Shown here: positions 11,870-24,627 of the stretch, piece by piece
Layout of the letters: each line of letters begins with the position of its first letter
Position numbering within the stretch: position 1 is the first letter of the stretch
Assembly: GCA_020536535.1 (NCBI GenBank)
Contig: JAHLWZ010000915.1
Location: forward strand, 1 to 48,727
Direction: 5' to 3'
Length of the DNA: 48,727 nucleotides
DNA from: Pelomyxa schiedti
Taxonomy: Eukaryota; Protista; Evosea
The notes under the pieces: generated by a model
Told to the model about the DNA's origin: nothing
Database searches by the model: none
What the model saw: only the letters and a program-made list of their open reading frames with translations
Program-made: the position numbers and the translations under genes

Positions 11870-14800
11870 ATGCCTGCTGCCTCCGACAAGAATAAAGCTG
11901 CGACAAGCACGAAGAATAAACCCAACCAAAAGCAACCACGCAGAGATCCCGTCTCCGTAAGTGCTAAGAAATCGGTCGATGCAACAGCTACAGCGACAGC
12001 AAAAGCAAACCCAAACACGACTTCACGACGTACTGTCCCAGTTAAAAGCGATCCGATTGACATGGGCGATGCGCCGCTCCCTTCTGTAACAGCGAAACAA
12101 CCGCCTCGACCTTTTGTGAAAAAGGTCGTCGCAAATCCACATCTCTCACGAGAACGGGAAGCCGAGGCCCTGAAGAAAGTACAAACACATGCCACCAAAG
12201 AGCGTAAGACAACCAGACCCCGCGCTGAAGGAATGGATTCCACAGTGCACACTCCAGTGGATTTATGCTCCCATAAGTGGTTAGTTACTTCTTCTTTCGG
12301 AGGAAACAGATTACGGGCACCACCAATTTACTCTGGGGACGGCAAGTAATGTCTTCGCTCTAGTTCCTTCTTTTTACTTACGAGGTGAAAAAAACAGATT
12401 TTTGCTGGTGCCAGAATCTGAAAACATTTTAGTTTACAGTGTAACAACTGGTTTTTGTGTGCAGAGACTCGTCGGCCATAAGTCTTTAGTTACTGCCATT
12501 GTACTACACCCTACAAATCCCTCACAAATTTTTTCATCTGCACTGGATGGGACTGTATACCTCTGGGACTTCCCGAAAGGCGCAGTCATTGACGTAATAC
12601 CACATTAGCGCTGATCAATCTTTTTAATTGATTCACTAGACACACCGCTTCTCAGAAGGAGGGGTGCATTCTCTGTTTACAAGAAAACATCCCGAAACCG
12701 CGCTTCTTGCTCTTGTCGGTAACCTGCACGACTCAGTCTCTTTTGTTTTTGAATTTCCTTCTGGAAATCTTCAAGCACAGCCCAAATTGGTGGTAGGTGG
12801 CATCCATATACATCATTTAACTGGCACCCTTAGCAACGGCTTGAGTGCGGACTTCCTTGCAGGGCTGCTTTCCGTCCTGACGGAGCTCTTTTAGCTGGCA
12901 TAAGTGGAATCTCCCTTTGGCTACACAACTTGGTGTCACACACATCACTCAAGTAGCACCTCGTTCAATTATCTCTGCTTAATTTTGCACAATAAGGTTT
13001 ACCCACATATCACAGCTCACAGCATTGCATTTTGTAGGAAAATACTTGGCGGTTGGTGACTGGACAGGAAAAATTCTTTTGATAAGTGCCTGGCCTGAAA
13101 CACCATCATCCACACAGACCAAAATTGCATCTCTAAATCCAGTACTTTTACTCTGGCATAGTTTTAAGGTAGATGAAGTTTATGTTAAAACTTAGGTCTT
13201 TAATTAAATACTTAAGGTTACCACATTGGCAAGTGATGGAGTAGACTTGTTGTCTGGGGGTCTAGAGGTAAAAATGAAGGATCTTGCTCACATCTAACTG
13301 TATGAAGCCCGTGGTAGTAAGATGGAATCTTGTGACACACCTGTCCTCTTTCACATCAAAGCTTGGACATGGCAATGAGTTGGAGCATATCGTTGTATCA
13401 CCAACTCAAGCACATCATGCACTTGTATTTTCCTCGAATGAAATTCACATCTTAAATGCAGCTGCACAAACTCTATTAGTAACAATTTCGGAACTCAATC
13501 TCGGTAAAACTCTGACTAGCATCATGTCTCTTATCGTCAGGGTATAGGGTGGTCAGCCTCTGACGCAGGCTTGGTCAGATTGTCAGATACTCACGTGTAT
13601 GCCTTACCCTCGAAACGAGGCTATCTACAAGGGGTAGACGTCACAAAGCGACAGTACTTACCTTACATACCCTTTTAATTATTCATACCAGTAAATAGGA
13701 GAATTTTCCATATTCCTGTTGCTCCTCCTACCCAAGAAAGTACAGCACTGGAAAAAATCAGCCATGTCTGTTTTTGCGATACCAGAGAAGCATGTTACCT
13801 AGTCACTGTGTGTTACACCACGTCACAGTTATCTTTAATATCACATAGATCGACGAGCGTATGTCGAGACTCACCAACATAACCGAGGTGTATATGAAAT
13901 TCTGGTCTGTTGTAAACCTCATCGAGTTTGTTTCCCACTCGTCTTTCAACAGATTAGAATGCAATTTCAATATTATGTTTCTTACACTTTTTTTCCAAAC
14001 AGCTTTAAGCTTATTACACGGGTGGACCAACCTCATAAAAATACCGTGACATCCCTCGTCTCACATCCCTCTGAAGACATTGTAATCACAACATCCAAAG
14101 ATACAAGGTTTAAAGTGTGGAGCACTTTTGTTGTAAAGAAGCCACGCTTAGTAACAGAAAGTGTGCCTGACTTCAAAAAAAAAAAGTCTGACATTACAAA
14201 AGGAGGAACTGTTGAAGAGGCCAAAGAAGTGGTGCGCTGGAGATGTGTGGGAGAATATTTTTACAAAAACTACCCTGTGAATGGGTGCTCTTTTTCGGAA
14301 GATGGGTCTATACTTGCATGCATAATGCAAGAGGCATTTTCCCCCAGTTTCTTCTCCTCTCACACTTTCAAAGATTGTCACCCTATGGGACCTAAAAACA
14401 AAGACCATTCTTACAACCCTCTCTCTGGGATCCAATGATATCAATTAAGTATTGAAGAGCGGGTTCTGAATATATTAACCCACTGTGCAGGTGGGCTTTT
14501 TTCCTTCCATCCACGAGTTTCTTGTTGGTTTCCACATCCACACAAGCCTCGCTCCTTGATTGGTTATCCCTGACACCAGTCCGCCATTACAAGTATCCAT
14601 AAATTAGTCTTTTCTGCGAACTCTAATGCTCTCAGAATGCCCATCTCGTTCTGTGCAGTCGATCGCTACCAGCCACTGTTTGCTTTAGCCACATCATATA
14701 ATATCTCCCCAACATTGAGCGAAATCATCTCAGAAGAATTCCAGTGGAATCAGCGAGAATCAGACAGCTGGCGTTCGCTGAGTATCAGTGCTTCTGGTAA

Positions 14801-15623
14801 TGGAGAAATTTAAGAATACGAAATTAGAACGCACCTTAACTTCCCTTGAACAGAGAGAGCTCACGTGTTTGATTCCAAGAAATATGCCGAACTATTGTCC
14901 AGCACGCTAATGGTATTTGATGCCAGAAAACCAGAAGCAGAGGCAGTACTTACAGTTTGCCCGTCAATTACGGGGTTATCTTTTGATTCTTCAAAAGAGT
15001 ATGCCATACAACCTCATAATTGGTGTTTTTTTTAAAGTTTTTTTTTATAGCTCTCTATCAGCAAGTCGGCTTATAATTGCTACTCGGGAACCAGAGTTGA
15101 TCACATTAGAAAGGAGTGCGATACAACCTTCCTCGGCAGCGAAAGAAATGGAGGACACACTCTCAGACAAACCTAAAACAAGTGACGAATCGAGCATGGA
15201 GGCCGAACGAGCGGCAGAAGTGCAGGCCAAAATTCGCTTCTCGCAGTTGTTCGGCGCAATTTCCAAAGTGCGATCGAACTCAGAAGCAGCAGAACGGGAG
15301 ACTCCCCTCGAACAACCCACTGTCCTTGTTGCCAAACAGTGTGATACATGCCCTTTTCTTCCGTCTTATTCATTCAACTTAGGGCCTGTGCGGACTACCT
15401 CACCATGCCCACTCACGCACTACCCCCAGCACACACAGCCTACGCCGCCATTATGGACAAACTACTTAGACCTACATCAACTACAAACACCACAAGCAGC
15501 ACTACCCCCACCAACCCAACCGAGCAGAATTACACAGAACCAACATCTACCTCAAAGCCAGACAAGGCCACTTACACGGTCAACCCTGCCGACTTCACAG
15601 ACTTCTTTGCAACCTTGTTCTGA
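11870..15623 (+). CDS. WDR75: WD40 protein WDR75/Utp17 (t-UTP/UtpA, SSU processome), multi-exon
   Basis: GGNRLRAPPIYSGDGK...VYSVTTG...LVGHKSLVTAIVLHPTNPSQIFSSALDGTVYLWD; ITRVDQPHKN...TSKDTRFKVW...FSEDGSILA; C-terminal PTHALPP...MDKLL. These match the WDR75/Utp17 layout as I recall it. Confidence 0.8.
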
Positions 15624-15714
15624 TGCCGAGGTTGCCAAGACAAAAGGAAAAATATGCTCTGATTCCCTTGACTTTTCTTTTTCGTTGGGGAAAACTAAAG
15701 TTATTCCTCTGTTA

Positions 15715-18700
15715 TTAAGTGCTTTGCTGAGCACTGGTTCTAGCAGGAGAGTCTTCTGTACTAGTGTCAGGGGGGGATACTTGTTCTGGTGGCGGAGGAG
15801 GAAGAGCTTCTGTGTTGATTTTTATGCCCACCTCCTTTGGGCGTGCTTTGGCCCTGGCCCACTTCTCTGGGGGTGTTCCGTGGGCAAATATGACCAAGTC
15901 GCCATCGCGTGCGTTGAGGGGGTAGCCCTTGATGTTCTCCTCGTTCGCGGCGAACCAATCAAGCTCGTAGAGTGCTTGAATGTCAGTGGTGCTGTGCCTG
16001 GTTTTTTCGGGTATGGTGATATTAGATTAGATTAGATGAGATGAGAATAGTCAATGGTTTTGGTTTGGGTTGCGATTTAATATTGGGTGGGTTGGGCTTA
16101 CATGACGGTCTTGGCAACCCACACTGTCCCTGGTGAAGGTGCCAAGGTAGGGAAGCAGGAAGAAATCATCACTTTGAGTTCCATAACCTTGGCAGTGACA
16201 GGAAGATATACATCCCCTTTTCATTGGGTGGGTTTGAAGAATTAAGATGTGTAAAAAAAAACCCACCTTTGGCACCAAGAGTCCCCGCCTCGGGGTCAAA
16301 ATATCTTACTTCCAGCAACATGTCACCGTCCTTGCAAATGGCCTGCTGTGGGTCTTCCATCACCTGGAAAAGTGAGTTCACAGTTATTCCGCCCATAAGC
16401 TTACCTGTACGGCTAAATCTACAGAGTCACGGATGTGTGGCAGAACATCACGCAGAGCCTTGTTTTCGCGTAGACTACTACCAGCTTTGGGTAAAGTGAG
16501 TATGGAACTGGGAGAAACAGTGCAATTCACCAAAGTTCCCCGCCTTAGTTCGGATTCGTATGTGACTCGCTTCGCAGCTTAAAAAGGGAGCGGCACAAGA
16601 GCGGATTTCACTCAACACACTCAAGTCCCCAAGATTTACTTCACCAATTAACCTGAACATGTCACTTTCTGCTTGGAAGTTGTACGAAAAAAATCTCACC
16701 TGAATGAAGTATTTCTTAGGGGATATTGCAAGAAAAAATAACAACCTTGACTTGACCTTCTTGTGCAGGCAACCCAAGCTCCACGAATAGGTTTATTCCA
16801 TTGAATACGCTACTCTCAATGAGAGTTTTGGAGTGTGCAGTATACTCCCGAGGGTTGAGGGAACTCTGGCACAACCGAAACTTATCATGTGGTACATTAA
16901 TCTTTTGTGCAATTTCCGCTTTGAGTTCTTTAATTGTTCGCCTTTGATCAAAGGTTATCTTCTTTGGGTTAGTTTGGGTTTAGGGGTTCAAGTCATTACT
17001 TCTTGGTCTGACAGTGTCGAGCCAGGTAAGTTGAAAAAGAGTTCGATAGTATTCTGTTCTTTATCAAACTTTTCTTTCAGTCTCGAAGGCACATGATCGT
17101 CTGCCTGTTCCACATACAATACAACTTCCCCTAAACCAGTCAGAAGCTGTTGAACTATCCGAGTGTCTTGTCTTGGTAACTCAGATATTTTTGTATGGCC
17201 ATCAACTAATTGGATGTGGACAACTCTTTAAAAAGTCAGACAATAAAAAACAATTGGTGTTTCCAGTGCAGTACCGCATAGATTCCAGAGGTATTCCTAC
17301 CGCAGAACTGATCATCCTTTGCATATCAGACTGCACAAGCTTAGCTTCAACAACAGTTTCATAAGGATCAGCAAATTCACCGTTTTCTTTGAGGACAAAC
17401 ACTTTCAACTTGTAGTATTTAGAGTTACACAGAGATCAAATGTGTAAAGGAAGGCACACCACAATAGAGGAATTTAGGGTCTCTACTGGCGGAAAGTCAG
17501 CGCCGGGTTCCTTTGTCTCAAGAGCAACTGCCATATTGGAGTGAAAGCCAAGTTGCATTAAAGAATTGCTGTCCTTTCCAACATAGGCGGCACCTAAACT
17601 GGAGTTAAAACAACGGGAAGCTACTTTTCCCCCAGTTTCTTCCAGGGCCGAACAACCTAATGTCCTATTGCTTAAATTGAATCCTCTCAACCGCACACAT
17701 TCAAGGGGATAGCCAAAGGAAGGTACATGAATTCTCATAGTTTCGTATGCAATTTGCTGAAGAAAATATTGGCATAGAAATAAGGCAGGCAAAAACTTAC
17801 TGTTGCTTCAGCAAGAGTCTTACGTTTATGTACATGCAGGGGGCGTACTTCCCCACCACACATTAGACGCATATTAAGAGTGTCACGCCTGATTTGATAG
17901 GCTTCTTTTTCAGCGAGAAACTCTTTGTTTTCTCTCATGACGTCTTCACTGCCAGTATTGGTTAGAAGGTGTTAAGATGGAAAACAGGACAATTCAGCGT
18001 TTTCCTTACATTACATTGGAGGGGATTATGCTCTCAGGAATGTTGAAGTCCGAGCAGCTGGATACCTTGCGATAAAACAACATATAGGCACTTAAACCAG
18101 ACTTCCTTGGAAACTTAGAAATTTACAGTTGGGACGAATGTGCACACTTCGATTTGGTGGCATCTCCTTCTGAAGTGTCATCCATCGGGTTACCTTTCAG
18201 TTGTAAGAATAACTACTGTTGGCTATTTTCTTACCATAGCCATCAGCCAGATCTTCCAAAGATATGGCTGTCACTTGGGCATCGTTAAAGCGTATCCACA
18301 TATTCTTTTCGAAGTCTTTTGCGTATGCCATATAATGCCCTGGTTCCACTGAGTACGGAAATTGCAAGATTTTGAACAAACCACCAAATGCGCCTCCACT
18401 GTGCAAAAGAATGGAATACAAGTCGTAGAGAGTTGTGTTGCAAGTAACACCTTCATCAAGATATGGAGCCATGTCAAGGCGGGTAGGGAACGTGACCTGA
18501 GTTTTTACGGTTGGTGCGTTTTCTCTATGACTACAGTGAGAGGGCTTACTCTGTTATTTAATTTAAATCGTCTCCATGTGCGTGGGTCATATTGAAAGCG
18601 TTTCAACTGTATAGTCAGTATTTCTGGCAGTTGTTTGAACCTTTTTTTATGGTTGTTCACTCTTGTTTTCTTTGCGTAGGGAGATACTTGAAAGACTTGG

Positions 18701-19863
18701 CACTTGTAGTGTTCTTATCACACTGAGGGCAATATATGCCGTTGTCACCCTGCATAATCTCTGGAGTGATAAACTGTGAAAGGGAAGCTTCTAAGGATGG
18801 ACTAGCTTCTATCACAAGTGACACATCCATAAAAGGGTCTGACCGAGCCCTTGGTCAACAGTTAACCATGAACATTTCTAATACACCTACTTGACATTCC
18901 CACAGACGAGACAACAACTGGCGTCTGCAAGCACGCCAGTGAACAGTGCAGTCACAGGTGCAGATAAGTTGTTACTTCCCTCCATTGCCGCAGTTGCATA
19001 AATACTATCAAGGGCTTCAAAAAGTACCTAACCTCCTTTAACAAAAAACACAGAAAGAAGGGATTACCCTTAACAATTCTTGCACGTCTTGTTGCACAAA
19101 CTGTGATGACCATCAAATTAAAGGCATTTGTTTTTTTCAAAAAGGAAAAGGGAGGATACTGCTTCAGTGTCAGTCCATCCAAAACTTGTAATAAGTGCCT
19201 TGGTATCAACAGAGGGCCACAAACCCAACTGCATGCGAGCAAATAGCAGTTGCATCTCCTTTGTAATGTGGTGCTTTGATCCCCATCTTTGTGTGTGTTG
19301 GTCCCGTTTAACAAACTTCTTCAATAAACATAATCCAGTTTGAATACACAACTGATATACAAATCTCCTGAATTCAGGTGTCAAATACAGTGTCTGCAGA
19401 ACTGAATTCATGTAACAAGTGGCCCCTGAAGAAAAAAAAAAAAGAAAGGAAAAAAAAAAAAATTCTCAGTTTGAAACTGGCGACTCAACAATTCGGCCTC
19501 CAAAAACAACACAATGTCATATATCTACTATCTACTATCTACACTCTCCAGCACGAGGGCTCCCTCCCAACACTTGGACCCCACGAAGCCAAAACTCGGG
19601 CGACGCAACGCACCCAAGTTGTCCAGGCCACACCCCATGGCGGACCTCTCGTCGTAGCTCCTCCTCACGCAGGCGGCGGCCGCCACGGCGGACGCCAGGC
19701 CCGTCTGCCTCAGCCTCCCCGCGCCCCCGCCCGAAGCCAGGCTCGCGTCCAGCGACGCCTGCGTCCCCACTGCCTTCCCTCCTACTCCTCCTCCGCCTCT
19801 CCCCCCTCCTCGTCCTTTGGCTGCCGGTGGTGGCGGGGGCGGTGGCGGGGCGCCTGATGACAT
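15715..19863 (-). CDS. Ubiquitin-specific protease (C19; USP47/USP40/USP7-like) with C-terminal ubiquitin-like region, multi-exon
   Basis: Spliced Cys box GLDNLG|ATCYMNSVLQTLYLTPEFR; LTIQLKRFQYD; His box YDLYSILLHSGGAFGG|..GHYMAYAK...WIRFNDAQV; C-terminal LDW...YPLNARDGDLVIF...PKEVGIKI. Confidence 0.9.
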
Positions 19864-20061
19864 TGCTTGGGTTTTTTTTTTTTTTGGTATTTGTCGGTTA
19901 GCTGCTAGCCCGAGTTTTATCTGGTACAGGAGCAAGGGTTTTTGGTGTGGAGAAAAATAGAACGGGAAGGACCGCGGAACAATTACCGGTGATAGAATTC
20001 TCTTGGTTTTTTTTATGGCTTTGGGTATAGGGGTTTTTTTTTTTTGTTTGGGAACATAGTG

Positions 20062-21234
20062 TTATAGTGGGCACCTGCCACAAATGATTTGAGTGCCCTT
20101 CATTCTGTACTTGCCCTCCGGTGGTTTGTGGCAAACAGAGCAAACGAAGCAAGCAGCGTGGTACTGCTGGCTTCCCGCTTTTACAAACGAGCCACTGATC
20201 GGGCGTTGGCACCTGGTAGCGGGAACGTAAGGACTTGCTTGTAAAAGATAAGGGGTAATACATTGCGCATTTCTCGCAGAATTGATTTGTGAAACAAGTT
20301 CCGCAGTATGGAAGTCCGCCTTGTGCTTGGAATCCACCAGAGAGCGATCCCTTGCAGCCAGTGCAAACGAAGCAGCTCATGTGCCACAATCTGTCCAGGG
20401 CACGAACACCTAGAGGTAGGAAGTAAATTTACAGGAAATCTTGTTATATTGTACGCTACCGGATACAACAGGCAGATTGCAAACTCCGCAAATATTTTCA
20501 GCTGTACAGAGTTAAAGAAACTTCAAGGAAAAGTAAAATAACCTGGCCTTGGAGGGGCACCCGTGGCTGGTTGAGCGGGAGGCGGTACGTTTGCCGGGGA
20601 AGCTGGAGGAGCAGCTCCTAGGCCTAAAAATGTGTAATGTCAAAGGTTGTTTGTAAACTCCTATGCCCTTTTTCATACCTGGAACAGCTGCACCGCATCC
20701 AAAACAGAACTTGGAGCCCGGCACCAACTTGACACCACAACCTCCACAAAACGCAGGACTTCCGGTCGATGCCGCTGAGGTTGGGGTAACTGGGGTGGGT
20801 GAAGCAGGCGTCTTCACTGGAGTCACAACAGGGGTTGGTGTGACAACAGGCTTGGGTGGTTCGACTCTGACTGGGGCAATCACTTCAAACCTTACGAACT
20901 TGGCACCCGAAGTAATGCAGTCCTGAACAGCTGTGTTCAAATGGGCATCCTTGAAAGAAAAAAAAAGTTGAATGTGGCCTTTAGTAAAAAGCAAAAAATA
21001 CCCAATGCACTTCATACCTCCTTCAAAGTGATAACGTTTCCATCCCTTTTCTTGTATGTCAAGCCGACTGGGTGACCGAACTTGGCCTCCAACTTGGCGT
21101 TGACATCACTGAAAGTCGCGCCACGCGGAACTTCGACTTCCTTGAGTTGCTGACCCGCAAACGCTTTAATCTTGAACTACGCAGTACGTAAGTACAAACG
21201 CAAAAAAAGACGACAATGTCGCTTGTGGTACCAT
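20062..21234 (-). CDS. PB1, zinc ribbon and 2xLIM adaptor protein, multi-exon
   Basis: ATG|intron|FKIKAFAGQQLKEVEV...GLTYKKRDGNVITLKE|DAHL (PB1-like); FCGGCGVKLVPGSKFCFGCG (zinc ribbon); two LIM domains CGVC...WHMSCFVCTGC...YCGTC and C..CQRP...YHAACFVCSVC...ICGRC. Confidence 0.8.
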
Positions 21235-21432
21235 GGTGCCTGTTGTTCGGTTTTTTTTTGTTTTTTTTTTGTTCGAGCGAGATCTTTTTTTTCTTTTAGC
21301 TGAACTTTTGGTTTTCTGCCCTCTCGGGAACGGCCGGGTTTTGACAAAAAGACCAGGGATAATTTTTGTTGCCTTGATAACGCAGTTGCTGATGCTGCGG
21401 TTCTAAACCTAATCTATTTCACAGAGCCTAAC

Positions 21433-24226
21433 TCAGGATTGTTTTTGCCGAAGGCGTTTGTAGTCAGCCATAGAAAGTCCCGACGAAACTGGCGCAGCAG
21501 GCGCCGCTGGAGTTGCTGATGACGTGGAATTACCGAGGATTCTGGGGGGAGTTGTTCTGTTCGTAGTGCTAGTCGTCGTAGTCGCTGCTGTTGTGGAAGA
21601 CTCCACCTTGGAAACATCAATGTCCAGTTCAAAGTCGTGAGCTTTCATCATTGATTCTGCGTAGTCTTCCTGCGGAGGAAGTTGTATCAGTGGTTTTGGT
21701 GGCGTAGTTGGAGTTGCCGGAGAAGCTGAGGCCGGTGTGGGTGCAGGAGCAGAAGCCGGTGCCTGTGATTGGGACTGGGGTTGTGCTGGTGTAGTAGTGG
21801 TAGTTGGTTTGGGTGCTTCAGAGGCCGCCGCTGAAGTGGGTGTAGTGGTTGAACTTGTGGGTGTGGCCGCATGGCCTTTGGAACCAGTGGCGGCTTTCTG
21901 CTGCTACGGGGTTTTAGTTCGTTTTTTGGTTCGAGCAGGTTCAGTGACATACCCTGGATTTGGAGCTTGGTGGAACAAAGACTTCAGGAACTGTCTTGCG
22001 CCTTTGACAGGGGTTCAAAGCTCCAGATGATGCGGATCCATCATTTTCAGCAACCTTGCCCATCGTTAGTGCACCAGGATCCCTAATGGTAACACACCAC
22101 AAGGCGCGAGGGCTTCTTTGGATAAAGAATTGCCTCATTCTTCCCTTCTGTTTCTCGTAAATTGGCCAGTTCCATTTGTAGTTGAGTCACCCTGGTTGTA
22201 GTTGATTTCCTTCCTAACTCATTCAAAGTCTAACCTGTTATGGTCCTCGTCCATCTGAGCTTCCTCCAGTTGTGATTGGATGATGGCTGCTTTCTTTATT
22301 GGTTTTGCCTTTTCTTTAGCACGTATTTCCTTGAGACGATAGTCATCCTGGAAAAGGTGTTATGTAGGACACAACACAGAGAAACTTACTTCTGAGTACT
22401 TGTAGGCCTTTGCCCACTGGAGGTTGTCTCTAACATCGCTGAACACTTGTTGGGATAAATATGTAGATTGTACTCTCCTTTCAATAGCATGCCGAGTGAA
22501 AAAATCGTATTCGGTCTGTTTACATTTTAAAGTCGTGTTTGTTGAGCTGTGCCCTTACAGCAGTAAAAGGCTGCTCAGAAATTGAACTAAGTGGAAAAGT
22601 TTTGGATGAGTCACTTTGGCTTGTTTGTAAGACAAGGTGAATATTTGTTTCATAAGTTGGGCCTCGTTTGGATGGATCAAGAGAATATGTTTTGCCCTTG
22701 TGCAATCCTTCATGACAATAAATTCAAATGGCAATAGAAGGTATACCAATAACAACTGCAATACGATAAACTTTTTTATCAAGGTGTATACCCAGAGATA
22801 CCCGAACAAAAGCCTTCTTCACAGCCTTCTCAAAGAAGGGTTCATTTACCCATTTGATGAGAAGGGATCTCCTAGAAAATACATCACAATGGTGCTGTTT
22901 TCATAGAAGTTGTATTTGCTTTATGTTTGAGATATCCATAAGTGTGTGTGCTTGTGTTTGAATATAGCCACTCCATACGGGAGTTGAATTTCTTGCATTT
23001 GTGCCAGAGTCATTATCTGTAAAGTATAAGGCTGGTACATTACTTTCAACTATAAGATCGTACGTCAGGGTCGGTCACTGAGGTAGAAGTCTCGTTGTGA
23101 GGAGGTGACGGCGGGCTGGGAGGTACAATTTCTAACGAAGGTGAGCCAGATTGGTGTGGCGAACTTTGGGGTTCTTTCTGTGAAGTGTAAGATCGAGAAA
23201 TGAACAAGGACTAGTGACTTCTTCAGTATCGCTGCCAACAGTGGTTGTGGTAGTCGTGGAAGTGGAAGTAGTAGAGGAAGAGGAAGAAGTGGAAGAAGAC
23301 TGAGTCGCGGGGTGCTTCTCACTTGAGGAAGTTGCAGTCGATTCAAGTTTTGCTCTTTTTTGTTTAATTGCCTTGAGGGCTGCATCAAAGCTAGCCTCTT
23401 TCCGGGTACGGTCACGCAACTGCCTCTCTGTGTGAAGGTTGGAAAAAGATGTCGAGGGGCTGCTGGGAGTGACCTGTGGCTTTGCTCGGAGTTTTTGGTT
23501 CCACTTTACTTTTGTTAGGTTGGGTGGTTCCACGTCGTTCTGCTCTTATACGTTGCCTTTCCATATTCCGTTTTCTTTGTTCATAGCGTTCTGCCAAAAC
23601 CTGTTCTCTCTTTATCTCAGATAATGAATCCAGGCTACAATAAAGTAAGCAATGGCTAGGGGAAAGTTTGAACAAAGCCGCACTATTTTCTATCCTCTGC
23701 ATCACCCTTTAAGTCATCATCCCACTCATCATGGTAGTCGCCATCACTTTCTGCAGGGTCGTTTTCTTGAGGGGAGCTCGTTCCAGTGCCAGCAGTAGCA
23801 CTGAAGAACAACAAGGGTGAGTGTGCAGGAAGAAAAGTAATGGGCGATTACAGTTTCCGTTTTTTCGTTTTCCTATCGTCCAGAATTTCCCCCTTTGCAA
23901 TATCAACCACAAACCCCCGGGAAAAAGAAAAAAAAGAAAAAAGAAAAAAAAACCCCGAACCTCTTCCACATCACTCGAGGCCTTCTGGCATTCAATAAGA
24001 TTAATAAGTTATGAGAGGACACCATTATACCTTGCTTGGTTCCTCCGGTTTGTCGTGGTGGTGATGGTGATGGTGCCGGTGGTGGTGATGGTGCTTGTCC
24101 GCTGTGTGTGCGGAGAAAAGTGCGTTAGTCTCACGTTTCTTGGGTTGTGTTTGTTTAAGAAGGAAAATAACCCCCGGCGTCTTTCTTCCTGTCCGTAGCG
24201 TCGTTCGGCTTGTTTGTATCAGACAT
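21433..24226 (-). CDS. RTF1: RTF1 (Paf1 complex, Plus-3 domain), multi-exon
   Basis: LSEIKREQVLAERYE (N-terminal conserved motif); Plus-3 LLIKWVNEPFFEKAVKKAFVRVSLG...VYRIA; C-terminal HDFELDID and LSMADYKR. Confidence 0.9.
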
Positions 24227-24627
24227 TTTTTTGCTTTTGTTTCCCAAAATCCAATCACTAGAAGAACTTGGAACGGCCGGCCTCGGGCCCAGGCTTTTTC
24301 CGAGACGAACCCTTGGTGGTGTTTGCGTGGCGTGCAAAGTGAGAGGATTGGGATTCGGTTGCAAGTCATTTGGGGGATTTCTGGTTGATCTATCCCTGTC
24401 CTATTGGGTTGAAGATTTGTGAAATAACCTGAGGGAGTGTAACATCAACGCCGACCGCGATGTAAGCAACAGCGAAAAAATGAAAAACGGACCTCGGAGG
24501 GGATTTCTTGCAGTCAATTTTGAACATTGGTTACCCGAAAATAACATCAAGTACTCGAACCTACAGCTTTGGAAGGGCAGCTTTCCTTTCTTTTTTGCAA
24601 AGATCGCAAAGAAAAGGGAGGACGGGA

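Noticed and set aside
14917-16035. 372-aa plus-strand ORF
   Set aside because: It is a chimera of one WDR75 exon, out-of-frame 3' sequence, and the antisense of the USP last exon.
16021-16050. (ATTAG)3(ATGAG)2 short tandem repeat
   Set aside because: It is a short intronic simple repeat, reading as CTAAT branch-like words on the coding strand, with no evidence of a separate function.
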